Source: Actinomycetes bacterium (GTDB taxonomy: Bacteria; Actinomycetota; Humimicrobiia; Humimicrobiales; Humimicrobiaceae). From it: DNA of 64,000 nucleotides. Numbering within the stretch: the first letter of the stretch is position 1; every line of letters starts with the position of its first letter. This document shows, piece after piece, positions 21,363 through 31,295 of the stretch. Below the pieces are notes generated by a model. The model was not told where the DNA came from, ran no database searches, and saw nothing but the letters and a program-made list of their open reading frames with translations. Location: NCBI GenBank assembly GCA_022396035.1, contig JAIOXO010000007.1, positions 2,473 through 66,472 of the forward strand, read 5' to 3'. The translations under genes and the position numbers were made by a program.

Positions 21363-22633
21363 AGAACCTCCTCGGGAGTAGAAATTTTTCCAGTTACCGC
21401 GGAAGCAGCTGCAACCGCAGGACCACATAAATAAACTTCGCTCTGGGGATGGCCCATCCTGCCCACAAAATTTCTATTGGTGGTAGATAAAGCCCTTTCC
21501 CCTTCTGCCAGTATTCCCATATGTCCTCCCAGACAGGGACCGCAGGTAGGGGTACTTACCACGCATCCCGCCTCAACAAAGGTCTCCAGGTAACCTTTGC
21601 GCATAGCTTCCAGATAAATATTCTGGGTAGCCGGTATAATGATTACCCTTAAGCCTTTTTTCACTTTCCTGCCTTCAAGTATCCTGGCTGATATTTCAAG
21701 GTCTTCAATGCGTCCATTGGTACAGGAACCAATAACCACCTGGTCAATATCTGTACCTTCAAGCTGGCTGGCAGGTTTGGCATTTGAAGGCAAATGAGGG
21801 GTGGCCACCTGCAGATCAATCTTTGAACAGTCTATGCTGTAAGTCTTGTAATAATGAACATCGCTATCGCTTCTATAAACATGGTAGGGTCTTTTAGCCC
21901 GCTGTTTTAAATACTGCTCTGTGGTTTGGTCAGCCTGGATAATGCCGAATTTACCGCCGGCTTCTATAGCCATGTTGGACATAGTAAACCGGGAGTCCAT
22001 TGACATCTGCTCTATAACCGGGCCCCTGAATTCCATGGACCGGTATAAGGCTCCTTCTACCCCTATCAGTCCAATAGTATAAAGTATTAAATCCTTGCCG
22101 GTTACCCATGGATTAAGCTGGCCCGAATATATAAAATTCATGCTTTCTGGAACCCTGAACCACAATTTTCCGGTAGCCATTGCCACTGCCAGGTCAGTAC
22201 TTCCCACCCCGGTGGCTGCTGCCCCCAGAGCTCCATAGGTACAGGTATGGGAATCCGCGCCCACTATAAGATCCCCCGCCACCACCAGGCCCTGCTCCGG
22301 CAACAGGGCATGTTCTATGCCCATCTTACCTACTTCAAAATAATTATTTACACCCAGATCACCGGCAAAACCTCTTACCATTTTACACTGCTGGGCTGAT
22401 TTTATATCCTTGTTGGGAGTAAAATGATCAGGCACTATAATCACCCGGTCCGGATCAAATACTTCCGTTTTTCCTATCTTTTTAAATTCTTTTATAGCCA
22501 GGGGCATTGTAATATCATTGCCCAGCACTATATCCACACGGGCATCTACTATTTCGCCCTCACTCACAAAATCCCTGCCGCAATGTGCTGCCAGAATTTT
22601 CTGGGCCATGGTTTGCGGTTTCTCCTGTGGCAA
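21359..22633 (-). CDS. leuC: 3-isopropylmalate dehydratase large subunit
   Basis: [32 protein letters not shown] motifs. Confidence 0.96.
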   Translation of the reverse strand: MPQEKPQTMAQKILAAHCGRDFVSEGEIVDARVDIVLGNDITMPLAIKEFKKIGKTEVFDPDRVIIVPDHFTPNKDIKSAQQCKMVRGFAGDLGVNNYFEVGKMGIEHALLPEQGLVVAGDLIVGADSHTCTYGALGAAATGVGSTDLAVAMATGKLWFRVPESMNFIYSGQLNPWVTGKDLILYTIGLIGVEGALYRSMEFRGPVIEQMSMDSRFTMSNMAIEAGGKFGIIQADQTTEQYLKQRAKRPYHVYRSDSDVHYYKTYSIDCSKIDLQVATPHLPSNAKPASQLEGTDIDQVVIGSCTNGRIEDLEISARILEGRKVKKGLRVIIIPATQNIYLEAMRKGYLETFVEAGCVVSTPTCGPCLGGHMGILAEGERALSTTNRNFVGRMGHPQSEVYLCGPAVAAASAVTGKISTPEEVL

Positions 22634-22644
22634 CTTATCCTCCT

Positions 22645-24156
22645 TTATTCAATGCTTTCTTTTATTCTGTTCATAGCATCAACATAAGCTTTAATACTGG
22701 CCTCAATTATATCCGTACTTATGCCGCTGCCCATTACTTCTGTACCTTCAGAACTTACTATAATCTTTACTGAACCAATGGCATCCTTGCCTTCTGAAAC
22801 TGCTTCAATATTATAATCAACCAGCTGGGTATTAAGACCTACGATGTCATCAATAGCTTTAAATGAGGCATCAATAGGGCCGTCGCCCCAGGCTGCGGAC
22901 TGCTGAAGCTTATCTTCTATGGTTATGCCTATAGTGGCAGTAGCCCTTACACTGGTTCCGCTTATAACCTGATAGTAATTAAGTTTAAAATACTCCGAAA
23001 CTTCCCTGGTCTCATCTTCAACTATAGCTTTAAGGTCCTTATCATTGATCTGGCCCTTCCTGTCTGCCAGGCTTTTGAACCTGCTGAAAGCCCTCTCTAT
23101 GTCTTCTTCGCTGAGTTTTAAGCCCAGCTCATTGAGCTTGTTTACAAAGGCATGCCTGCCTGAATGTTTGCCCAGTACCAGCTTGGAGGACTTAACTCCA
23201 ATATCCTCCGGTTTTATAATCTCGTAAGTGGTTCTTTCCTTAAGCATACCATCCTGATGGATTCCAGCCTCATGCATAAATGCATTCTTGCCCACAATTG
23301 CCTTATTGGGAGCCACCACATAACCGGTAAGGTAACGGACCAGACTGCTGGTACGCATAATCTCGGAAGTATTTATATCGGTATAGACATCCAGATCTTT
23401 TTTTCTGGTATCTATAATCATGGCCATCTCTTCCAGGGATGCATTTCCAGCCCTTTCACCTATACCATTAACTGCACATTCCACCTGCCCGGCCCCCTTT
23501 TCAATGGCCATTATCGAGTTGGCCACCGCCAATCCCAGATCATCATGACAGTGAACACTGATTATTACATCTTCTATCCCCTTAACATTTTGTTTGAGAT
23601 GCTCAATCAATCTAGAGAATTCATCAGGCAGAGCGTATCCAACCGTATCCGGTACATTTATTATTGTAGCCCCGCTGGCAATAGCAGCCTCATACAGCCT
23701 GCAAAGAAAGTCCCAGTCACTCCTGGTAGCATCCATGGCCGAAAATTCAACTATATCGGTATATTTTCTGGACCTTTTAACTGCTTCTGCAGCCATCTCC
23801 AGAGCCTGTTCCCTGGTTTTTTTAAACTGGTATTTCAGATGGATATCCGAAGAAGAGACAAAGGTATGTATAACCGGCTGCTTTGCAGGCTTAAGAGCCT
23901 GACCGGCAGCATCTATATCTTTAATAATCGCCCTGGCCAGGGCGGCTACGGCCTTTTCCTTAACCTTTTTGGATACTTCCTGCACCGCCTCAAAATCCCC
24001 CACCGAGGATATGGGAAAACCGGCCTCTATTATATCCACATTCAATTTTTCCAGCTGCTGGGCTATCTCCAGCTTTTCCTTAACATTTAAATGTATGCCT
24101 GGAGCCTGTTCTCCATCTCTTAAAGTTGTATCGAATATATATATTTTTCTTGCCAT
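22645..24156 (-). CDS. leuA: 2-isopropylmalate synthase
   Basis: [37 protein letters not shown], regulatory domain. Confidence 0.96.
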   Translation of the reverse strand: MARKIYIFDTTLRDGEQAPGIHLNVKEKLEIAQQLEKLNVDIIEAGFPISSVGDFEAVQEVSKKVKEKAVAALARAIIKDIDAAGQALKPAKQPVIHTFVSSSDIHLKYQFKKTREQALEMAAEAVKRSRKYTDIVEFSAMDATRSDWDFLCRLYEAAIASGATIINVPDTVGYALPDEFSRLIEHLKQNVKGIEDVIISVHCHDDLGLAVANSIMAIEKGAGQVECAVNGIGERAGNASLEEMAMIIDTRKKDLDVYTDINTSEIMRTSSLVRYLTGYVVAPNKAIVGKNAFMHEAGIHQDGMLKERTTYEIIKPEDIGVKSSKLVLGKHSGRHAFVNKLNELGLKLSEEDIERAFSRFKSLADRKGQINDKDLKAIVEDETREVSEYFKLNYYQVISGTSVRATATIGITIEDKLQQSAAWGDGPIDASFKAIDDIVGLNTQLVDYNIEAVSEGKDAIGSVKIIVSSEGTEVMGSGISTDIIEASIKAYVDAMNRIKESIE

Positions 24157-24174
24157 ATAATACCTGCCTGAGCC

Positions 24175-25764
24175 CTAAGTAAGATTTACAATTCTTATGT
24201 TTTCAAAACCAGATATCTTCTTAAACCGTTCCAGCATTTCTGGACTGACCTCTGCGTCCAGGTTGAGCCCCATCACTGCATTTCCGCTTTTTTTCTTCCT
24301 GCCTACATGCATAGCCGCAATATTTACTCCCAGCTGACCAAATGCAGAACCAATTTTTCCAATCTGTCCCGGAACATCCTTGTACCTTATAAAAGCCATA
24401 TAGTCTGAGGGAACCATATCCAGCTCAAACTCATCCACCCTAATAAACCTTGGCTTATTCTTCTTGCCGGTTATGGTGCCGGAAATTGACAGCTTGCCGT
24501 TCTTTCCTTCACCCTCCAGGGTTATAAGGTTTATAAAATCACTGGACTGACTGGTCTTTACCTCCTCCACCTTTAATCCATTTTCTTTTGCAATAAGGCC
24601 GGCATTAACCATATTAACCTCCCGGACAGAATACTTGTTTAATATCTGTACCATTATCCTGGACTTGAGAAGGCTGGTGTCATAATCAGCAACCTTGCCG
24701 CTGAATATAATTTTTATAGACTCCAGGTTTCCTTCAAAAAGGCTGCTGAATAGAATCCCCATATCATCACATAGTTCAAAATAAGGAGATAAAGCCTCCA
24801 TAACCTCTTTAGCCACCGAAGGAGCATTGACCGGGAAGGCAGGGTTGCCTCCGTTTAATACCGATATAACCTGATCTGCAATGATGCTTCCTGCTCTGTC
24901 CTGTGCCTCTTTGGTGGAAGCTCCCAGGTGCGGAGTGCATACCACCCGGTCCAGTTCAAATAATGGTGAATCGGTGCAGGGCTCTTTCTCGTAAACATCC
25001 ACTGCAGCAGCCGCTATCTGTTCATCCTTTATGGCTTGGGCTAAATCCGCTTCCACTACTATGCCTCCCCGGGCTACATTTAAAATAATAGTGCCTTTTT
25101 TCATCTTATTGAATTCCTCTGCCCCAAACATACCCAGGGTATCCTTGTTCTTGGGAAGATGTATGGTTATAAAATCAGCCACCTTATAAATATCTTCCAG
25201 GGTATCTGCTTTCTTTATGCCCAGCTGCTTGAATCTGTCTTCAGATACAAACGGATCAAAGGCAATTACTTCCATGCCCAGGCCCATAGCCTTCTTGGCT
25301 ACCAACCCTCCGATCTGCCCAAAGCCTACAATACCCAGGGCTTTGCCTTCTATTTCCATACCCTTGAATTTAGACTTTTCCCATTTGCCGCTTTTAAGTG
25401 AGATATCGGCTAAAGGTATTTTCCTGGCCACTGCCAGCAGAAGACCTATAGTATGCTCGGCAACAGTAACCGCATTACTGGTAGGAGCATTTACTACCAC
25501 AATTCCTTTTTTGGTAGCTGCATCCAGGTCTACATTATCCACACCGATTCCTGCCCTGCCGATTATCTCCATACTATCTGCTTTCTCTATAACATCGGCA
25601 GGTAGTTTGGTGGCGCTTCTGATTATGATAGCATTATAATCACCGATTACCTTTTTAAGTTCATCAGGACTTATGCCTTTTTTATCATCTACCGTAAAGT
25701 GCTTTTCCAAATCCTGTTTAGGTTTGGGGGAAATTCCATCTGTTATTAATACCTTTTTTTTCAT
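24175..25764 (-). CDS. serA: D-3-phosphoglycerate dehydrogenase (type I with ASB/ACT)
   Basis: RAGIGVDN, G.GQIG, NVARGG, TPHLGAST.EAQ, C-terminal ACT (D.PG.IG). Confidence 0.95.
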   Translation of the reverse strand: MKKKVLITDGISPKPKQDLEKHFTVDDKKGISPDELKKVIGDYNAIIIRSATKLPADVIEKADSMEIIGRAGIGVDNVDLDAATKKGIVVVNAPTSNAVTVAEHTIGLLLAVARKIPLADISLKSGKWEKSKFKGMEIEGKALGIVGFGQIGGLVAKKAMGLGMEVIAFDPFVSEDRFKQLGIKKADTLEDIYKVADFITIHLPKNKDTLGMFGAEEFNKMKKGTIILNVARGGIVVEADLAQAIKDEQIAAAAVDVYEKEPCTDSPLFELDRVVCTPHLGASTKEAQDRAGSIIADQVISVLNGGNPAFPVNAPSVAKEVMEALSPYFELCDDMGILFSSLFEGNLESIKIIFSGKVADYDTSLLKSRIMVQILNKYSVREVNMVNAGLIAKENGLKVEEVKTSQSSDFINLITLEGEGKNGKLSISGTITGKKNKPRFIRVDEFELDMVPSDYMAFIRYKDVPGQIGKIGSAFGQLGVNIAAMHVGRKKKSGNAVMGLNLDAEVSPEMLERFKKISGFENIRIVNLT

Positions 25765-25784
25765 AGCTATTCTCTTTCCTGTTT

Positions 25785-26945
25785 CTAAAAATAATTATTT
25801 TCATAGAATACTTTCTGGGCGGCAGCCACACCGGAACCTATCTCCAAATCATACCCAAGCTCGGCCAGTGCCAACTCCAGAGCTGAAATAGCAGTAAGGG
25901 TGTCAAACATACCGAACCAACCCAGGTGGCCGATTCTGAATATCTTGCCTTTCATCTTTCCCTGACCACCAGCAATGGTTACTCCATACTTGGTCCTCAT
26001 TACAGTAGTCAACTTTTTTCCATCAACATCTTCTGGAACCATAACCGCAGTTACTGAGTCCCCCCGGTTTTCCGGTTTGCTTACAAACAGCTCCAGTCCC
26101 AGCTCTTCTACTGCAGTCCGGGTAGCCATAGCCAGTACATGATGCCTCACAAAAACCTTTTCCAGGCCCTCTTCCAGCAACATATCCAGGGCTTTGTTCA
26201 TGGCCACTATGATAGAAATTCCCGGGGTCCAGGGAGTCTGTGGAGGAGTCCTTCTGGCTGCTTCCCTGGCATTAAGCAGATTAAAATAAAAACGGGGAGT
26301 GGTTGATTTTTCTATCAACTCCCAGGCTTTCTGGCTGACACTGATAAAAGCGCCGCCGGTGGGAGCACTCAGCGCCTTCTGGGAACCCCCTATAACCATA
26401 TCCAGGCCCCATTTATCTGCCTCCAGGTCAGATGCCCCCAAACCACTTATGGCATCCACTATGCTTATGGCGTCATATTCTTTTACTATTTTGGCAATAG
26501 CTTCTGCGTCATTTAATACTCCGGTAGAGGTCTCGCTAAACTGAAACATAACCCCTTTTATACCCTTATCATTTTCCAGGGCTTTTCGTACATCTTCCGG
26601 ATCTATGGCCTCTCCCCATTCATAATCAATAGATACTAAATCCAGGCCATACATCTTGCTTAATTTTTTAAATCTCTCCCCGAAGTTACCAACACTGGCA
26701 ACCAGTACCTTATCACCGGCGGAAAATGCATTGGCTACTGCAGCTTCCATAGCCCCGGTACCTGAAGAGGTAAGAAAAAAAACATCGTTTTCGGTCTTTA
26801 AAAGTTTCTTCAGTTTATCAGTTACCTGGGTAAATATTTCAGAAAACTCAGGAGACCGGTGATGCATGAGCGGTCTGGCATGCTCCAGCAGAACATCTTC
26901 AGATATGGGTGTAGGTCCTGGAGTCATTATATATTTTTTAATCAT
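25785..26945 (-). CDS. Class V PLP aminotransferase (alanine-glyoxylate/serine-pyruvate family; probable SerC substitute)
   Basis: TPGPT, HRS.EF, SGTGAMEA, ETSTG, VDAIS, GSQKAL, FRIGHLG; directly upstream of serA. Confidence 0.88.
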   Translation of the reverse strand: MIKKYIMTPGPTPISEDVLLEHARPLMHHRSPEFSEIFTQVTDKLKKLLKTENDVFFLTSSGTGAMEAAVANAFSAGDKVLVASVGNFGERFKKLSKMYGLDLVSIDYEWGEAIDPEDVRKALENDKGIKGVMFQFSETSTGVLNDAEAIAKIVKEYDAISIVDAISGLGASDLEADKWGLDMVIGGSQKALSAPTGGAFISVSQKAWELIEKSTTPRFYFNLLNAREAARRTPPQTPWTPGISIIVAMNKALDMLLEEGLEKVFVRHHVLAMATRTAVEELGLELFVSKPENRGDSVTAVMVPEDVDGKKLTTVMRTKYGVTIAGGQGKMKGKIFRIGHLGWFGMFDTLTAISALELALAELGYDLEIGSGVAAAQKVFYENNYF

Positions 26946-26978
26946 TTTACCTCCTCGGTTATTATTTATTGATAGAGA

Positions 26979-27464
26979 TTAAATCTTCCTGCTTCCCCTG
27001 CTGCAGGCAATTTTGCCCGTGCGGGTCAACTCCAGAATTCCATAAGGCTCCAGCAGCTCCTTGAGAGCATTAACTTTACTGGAAGTACCGGTTATCTCTA
27101 TAAGTAAAGATTTCTTGGCTACATCCACGATATTTGCCCTGAAAATATTTACTATTTCCAGTATCTCGGCACGATTCCTGGCATCAGTAGCCACCTTAAT
27201 TAATACCAGCTCCCTCTCTACAATATTATTAGGATCCAGCTCCTGTATCTTTAGTACATTAATCAATTTATACAGCTGCTTTATCACCTGCTCTATACCC
27301 TGCTTATCCGCATGCACGGTAATAGTTACTCTGGATACCCGGTCATCTTCGGTGGGGCCAACCGCCAGGCTGTCAATATTGAACCCCCTTCTGCTGAAAA
27401 GCCCTGAAATTTTGGCCAAGACTCCAGCCTTGTTTTCTACTAATACTGAAATTATATGATTCAT
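26979..27464 (-). CDS. ilvN: Acetolactate synthase small subunit
   Basis: VEN..GVL..ISGLFSRRGFNI.SL, EL.RTG motifs. Confidence 0.96.
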   Translation of the reverse strand: MNHIISVLVENKAGVLAKISGLFSRRGFNIDSLAVGPTEDDRVSRVTITVHADKQGIEQVIKQLYKLINVLKIQELDPNNIVERELVLIKVATDARNRAEILEIVNIFRANIVDVAKKSLLIEITGTSSKVNALKELLEPYGILELTRTGKIACSRGSRKI

Positions 27465-27477
27465 ATATACCACCTGC

Positions 27478-29175
27478 TTAATATTTCCATTCTAGCATTT
27501 CATTTATGGGAGCTCCCGGGGCTACCATGGGATAAACATTTTCTTCAGCTTCAATCCAGAAATCAACCAGAACCACTTTATCCAGATTTACCGCTTCCTT
27601 GATAGCTTTCTCCACCTGGTTCTTGTCGGTAACTCTTATCCCTACCCCACCATAGGCCTCAATCAATTTAACAAAATCAACACACTCCCGTATACAGGTA
27701 TGTGAATACCGTTTATTGAAAAACAATTCCTGCCACTGTCTCACCATTCCCAGATATCCATTATTTAGAAGCATTATCTTTATGGGAATATTATTACTAA
27801 CCGCAGTTGCCAGTTCTTGTGAAACCATCTGCAGGCTCCCGTCACCGGCAATATCTATTACTGTTTTATCCGGCCGACCTGTTTTAGCCCCTATGGCTGA
27901 TGGCAAACCAAACCCCATTGTCCCCAGACCGCCGGATGAAACAAAGGTTCTGGGTTTGGTATAATTGTAAAACTGGGCCGCCCACATCTGATTTTGCCCC
28001 ACTTCAGTACAGATAATGGCTTCGCCCTTGGTAACCTCATAAATCTTTTCTACAATATAGGCAGGCTTTAAATTTGGTGAATCCTTATCATACATCAGAG
28101 GGTATTTCTGCTTAAGATCCATTAAAAAGTCAATCCAGAGCTTCTTCCTGTCCATACTTTTTTTATTATCCAGTTCAAAAAATCTCTGGCTTAAATCCGC
28201 CAGCACATCTTTAGCATTACCAACAATAGGTATGATGGTGTTTACTATTTTGCCTATCTCCGCCGGATCAATATCTATGTGTATTATATCCGCATGGGGA
28301 GCAAATCCAGCCACCTTGCCGGTAACCCGGTCATCAAACCTGGCCCCTACAGCAATTATGAGGTCAGTTTCAGTAAAAGCTATATTGGCATACTTGGTGC
28401 CATGCATACCGGCCATATTCAAAGAAAGCGGGTTATGCTCGGGAAAAGAACCTATACCCAGCAATGAAGTTATTACCGGGATTTTAGCCTTGCCGGCAAA
28501 CTCAGTAAGGATCTGGCTGGCCCCGGAAGAGATCACTCCTCCCCCGGAAAAGATAACCGGTTTCTTGCTTTCAAATATCTTTTTAGCCGCCTGTTTGATC
28601 TGTTTCTGGTTTCCCTTGTAAGTAGGCTTGTAACCGGGCAGGTCTATCTCTGCTGTAATATTTTCATCTACCATTGCCTGGGATATGTCAACCGGTATAT
28701 CTATCAATACCGGGCCCTGCCGTCCGGTGGAAGCAATATAGAAAGCCTCCTTGATTATGGATGGCAGCATCTTAACATCCTTAACCAGGTAATTATGTTT
28801 GGTTATGGGTGCAGTTATACCGGTAATATCAGCTTCCTGAAAAGCATCAGTTCCTATCTCCGAAGTAGAAACCTGGCCGGTTATAGCTACCATGGGTATC
28901 GAATCCATATAGGCATTGGCAATACCGGTAACCAGGTTGGTAGCTCCTGGCCCCGAAGTGGATACACATACCCCGGTTTTGCCGGTAACCCGGGCATAAC
29001 CATCGGCAGCATGTGCCGCACCCTGCTCGTGCCTGGCCAGTATATGCTTTATGTCTGAATCATAGAGAGCATCGTATAACGGTATTACCTTGCCGCCGGG
29101 GTAGCCGAATATTACCTCTACACCCTCTTGCTTGAGACAATTTATTATCATCTGTGCTCCAGTTATTTTACTCAT
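27478..29175 (-). CDS. ilvB: Acetolactate synthase large subunit
   Basis: FGYPGG, RHEQGA, SGPGATN, FQE.D, RFDDRVTG, GDGS..M ThDP motif, GMVRQWQ. Confidence 0.97.
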   Translation of the reverse strand: MSKITGAQMIINCLKQEGVEVIFGYPGGKVIPLYDALYDSDIKHILARHEQGAAHAADGYARVTGKTGVCVSTSGPGATNLVTGIANAYMDSIPMVAITGQVSTSEIGTDAFQEADITGITAPITKHNYLVKDVKMLPSIIKEAFYIASTGRQGPVLIDIPVDISQAMVDENITAEIDLPGYKPTYKGNQKQIKQAAKKIFESKKPVIFSGGGVISSGASQILTEFAGKAKIPVITSLLGIGSFPEHNPLSLNMAGMHGTKYANIAFTETDLIIAVGARFDDRVTGKVAGFAPHADIIHIDIDPAEIGKIVNTIIPIVGNAKDVLADLSQRFFELDNKKSMDRKKLWIDFLMDLKQKYPLMYDKDSPNLKPAYIVEKIYEVTKGEAIICTEVGQNQMWAAQFYNYTKPRTFVSSGGLGTMGFGLPSAIGAKTGRPDKTVIDIAGDGSLQMVSQELATAVSNNIPIKIMLLNNGYLGMVRQWQELFFNKRYSHTCIRECVDFVKLIEAYGGVGIRVTDKNQVEKAIKEAVNLDKVVLVDFWIEAEENVYPMVAPGAPINEMLEWKY

Positions 29176-29225
29176 ATCAACTCCTAAATAATTGAGTTAG
29201 TAACAACTTTATAACAGTTTAAATG

Positions 29226-29253
29226 ATTATATCATTTTTTGTTACAATTTCAA
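29226..29253 (-). promoter_or_regulatory. Putative sigma70-type promoter for ilvB
   Basis: Minus strand TTGAAA-16 nt-TATAAT with extended TG. Confidence 0.5.
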
Positions 29254-29276
29254 TTAATTAAATTATCATTTACTAA

Positions 29277-30935
29277 TTATTCCAATACAGCACCCCTATG
29301 GGCTGAAGTCACCATTTTCGAATATCTGGCCAGATAACCCTCAGTAATTTTGGGTTGCGGAGCGCTCCACTTATCCAGCCTCTGATTTATGGTTTGTTCA
29401 TCCACTAACAGGTTTATGCTGTTTGCCTGTATATCTATTTCAATAATATCGCCATCTTCAACGATACAAATGGGACCCCCGGCCTGTGCTTCCGGGGAAA
29501 TATGGCCAATTGATGCTCCTTTGGTAGCGCCGGAAAACCTGCCATCGGTAATTAATGCCACTTCTTTATCCAGACCTATACCTGCAATAGCAGAAGTAGG
29601 AGAAAGCATCTCCCTCATTCCAGGACCACCTTTGGGACCTTCGTATCTTATTACCACTACATCACCACTCACTACCTTATTGGCCCATATAGCCTCCATA
29701 GCCTCTTCTTCACTATTAAAAGTCCTGGCCTTTCCTTTGTGTTTCATCATGTCCGGATCCACTGCAGATTTTTTCACCACACATCCCTCTGGTGCCAGGT
29801 TGCCCCAGAGTATTGCTATCCCCCCATCTTTTGAATAAGGACTGGAAACAGGCCTTATTACATCTGTGTTTTTAATATCAGAATTTTCAACATTATCTTT
29901 AACCTTTTTACCAGTTACCGTTAACATCTCACCGTTTAAAAGACCGTTTTTATACAGCTCATTCATCACTGCCTGTATTCCTCCGGCAGCATACAGGTCT
30001 TCTATATGGTACTGGCCAGCAGGACTGAGCCTGCACAGATTAGGAGTGCCCTTGCTTATCTGATTTACCAGCTCCAGAGAAAAATCAACCTTGGCTTCAT
30101 GAGCTATAGCCGGAAGATGAAGTACAGTATTAGTAGAGCAACCCAGTGCCATATCTACAGTCAGGGCATTTTTAACTGTTTCAATATTAACTATATCCCT
30201 GGGCTTGATATCTTTTTCCACCATCTCCACCACCTTAAAACCTGCCTGCTTGGCCAGTCTTATCCTCTTGGCCAGGACCGCAGGGATGGTTCCATTACCG
30301 GGTAAAGCAAGACCAATAGCTTCTGAAAGACAATTCATGGAATTGGCAGTAAACATCCCCGAACAGCTTCCGCAGGTAGGACAGGCTTCTTCCTCCAGCT
30401 CATACAAATCCTGATCGCTGTATTGACCCTTCTTATATTTTCCTACTGCTTCAAAACAATTGGAAAGATCTATGGACTTAGATCCAAGACTTCCTGCCAG
30501 CATGGGGCCTCCGCTAATCAGTACCGAAGGAATATTCAGCCTTAAGGCAGCCATTAGCATGCCGGGAACAATTTTATCACAATTGGGTATAAGCACCAGG
30601 CCGTCAAAAGGGTGGGCCATAGCAGTAGCCTCTACACTATCCGCTATAATTTCCCTGGTAGCCAGGGAATACTTCATGCCGCTATGATTCATGGCAATTC
30701 CATCACAAACCCCGATAGTACTGAATTCGAGGGGTGTAGCCCCTGCCGTCCTTATTCCTGCCTTCACTGCTTCCGCAATCTTGTCCAGGTTAATATGGCC
30801 GGGTACCAGTTCATTCACTGAATTAACTACCCCTATAATTGGCCGTGATAATTCTTCATCGGTTAGCCCGGTGGCTTTTAACAATGAACGGTGGGACATT
30901 CTCTCTATGCCCTTTTTCATATCATCACTTCTCAA
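29277..30935 (-). CDS. ilvD: Dihydroxy-acid dehydratase
   Basis: [58 protein letters not shown]; TTG start after GAGGAGG. Confidence 0.96.
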   Translation of the reverse strand: MRSDDMKKGIERMSHRSLLKATGLTDEELSRPIIGVVNSVNELVPGHINLDKIAEAVKAGIRTAGATPLEFSTIGVCDGIAMNHSGMKYSLATREIIADSVEATAMAHPFDGLVLIPNCDKIVPGMLMAALRLNIPSVLISGGPMLAGSLGSKSIDLSNCFEAVGKYKKGQYSDQDLYELEEEACPTCGSCSGMFTANSMNCLSEAIGLALPGNGTIPAVLAKRIRLAKQAGFKVVEMVEKDIKPRDIVNIETVKNALTVDMALGCSTNTVLHLPAIAHEAKVDFSLELVNQISKGTPNLCRLSPAGQYHIEDLYAAGGIQAVMNELYKNGLLNGEMLTVTGKKVKDNVENSDIKNTDVIRPVSSPYSKDGGIAILWGNLAPEGCVVKKSAVDPDMMKHKGKARTFNSEEEAMEAIWANKVVSGDVVVIRYEGPKGGPGMREMLSPTSAIAGIGLDKEVALITDGRFSGATKGASIGHISPEAQAGGPICIVEDGDIIEIDIQANSINLLVDEQTINQRLDKWSAPQPKITEGYLARYSKMVTSAHRGAVLE

Positions 30936-31004
30936 TTTTCCTCCTCAAATTTTATGTATTTTTTAATATATCTAAATGAAATAATACAAATAGGTAAACC
31001 TCCG

Positions 31005-31059
31005 AAAAAAATAGGATTGAATAGCAAAGTAACTACCGGCAACCCTAAAGGTTTAGGAT
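31005..31059 (-). terminator. Attenuator terminator/antiterminator upstream of ilvD
   Basis: Minus-strand RNA: UAGGGUUG...CAAUCCUA-U7 terminator (31047-31005); competing AUCCUAAA/UUUAGGGU hairpin (31059-31042) spans the leader stop codon. Confidence 0.7.
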
Positions 31060-31178
31060 AGAATACCGACTAGTAATAGAAAGACTAAAGAAATAATGGC
31101 AACACAAAACACGCTGCTATCACACCAAATAGTAGCAAAACAGCTGTTCAATTTTCCTGCTATTGCCTTATTATCCAT
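31053..31178 (-). CDS. Putative ilv leader peptide (41 aa)
   Basis: MDNKAIAGKLNSCFATIWCDSSVFCVAIISLVFLLLVGILS*; 11 of the last 16 codons are Leu/Ile/Val; directly precedes the terminator; start codon uncertain. Confidence 0.65.
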   Translation of the reverse strand: MDNKAIAGKLNSCFATIWCDSSVFCVAIISLVFLLLVGILS

Positions 31179-31250
31179 AATTCATAAAAGGAAATATAAT
31201 TAGCCAATTATACTATCATAATTGTATTATTATAACAATAAAAATTAAAT

Positions 31251-31279
31251 AAAAAAGGGCTGGTTTTCACCAGCCCTTT
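31251..31279 (-). terminator. Intrinsic terminator downstream of the serine protease gene
   Basis: AAAGGGCTGG-loop-CCAGCCCTTT hairpin followed by a U-run on the minus strand. Confidence 0.85.
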
Positions 31280-31295
31280 AATTTCAACCAGTACT

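Noticed and set aside
23164-24090. Long antisense ORF (308 aa), and similar shadow ORFs such as 2249-2863, 12380-13075, 14289-14843 and 47716-48360
   Set aside because: They lie opposite well-conserved genes, show no recognisable motifs, and are expected by-products of codon bias.
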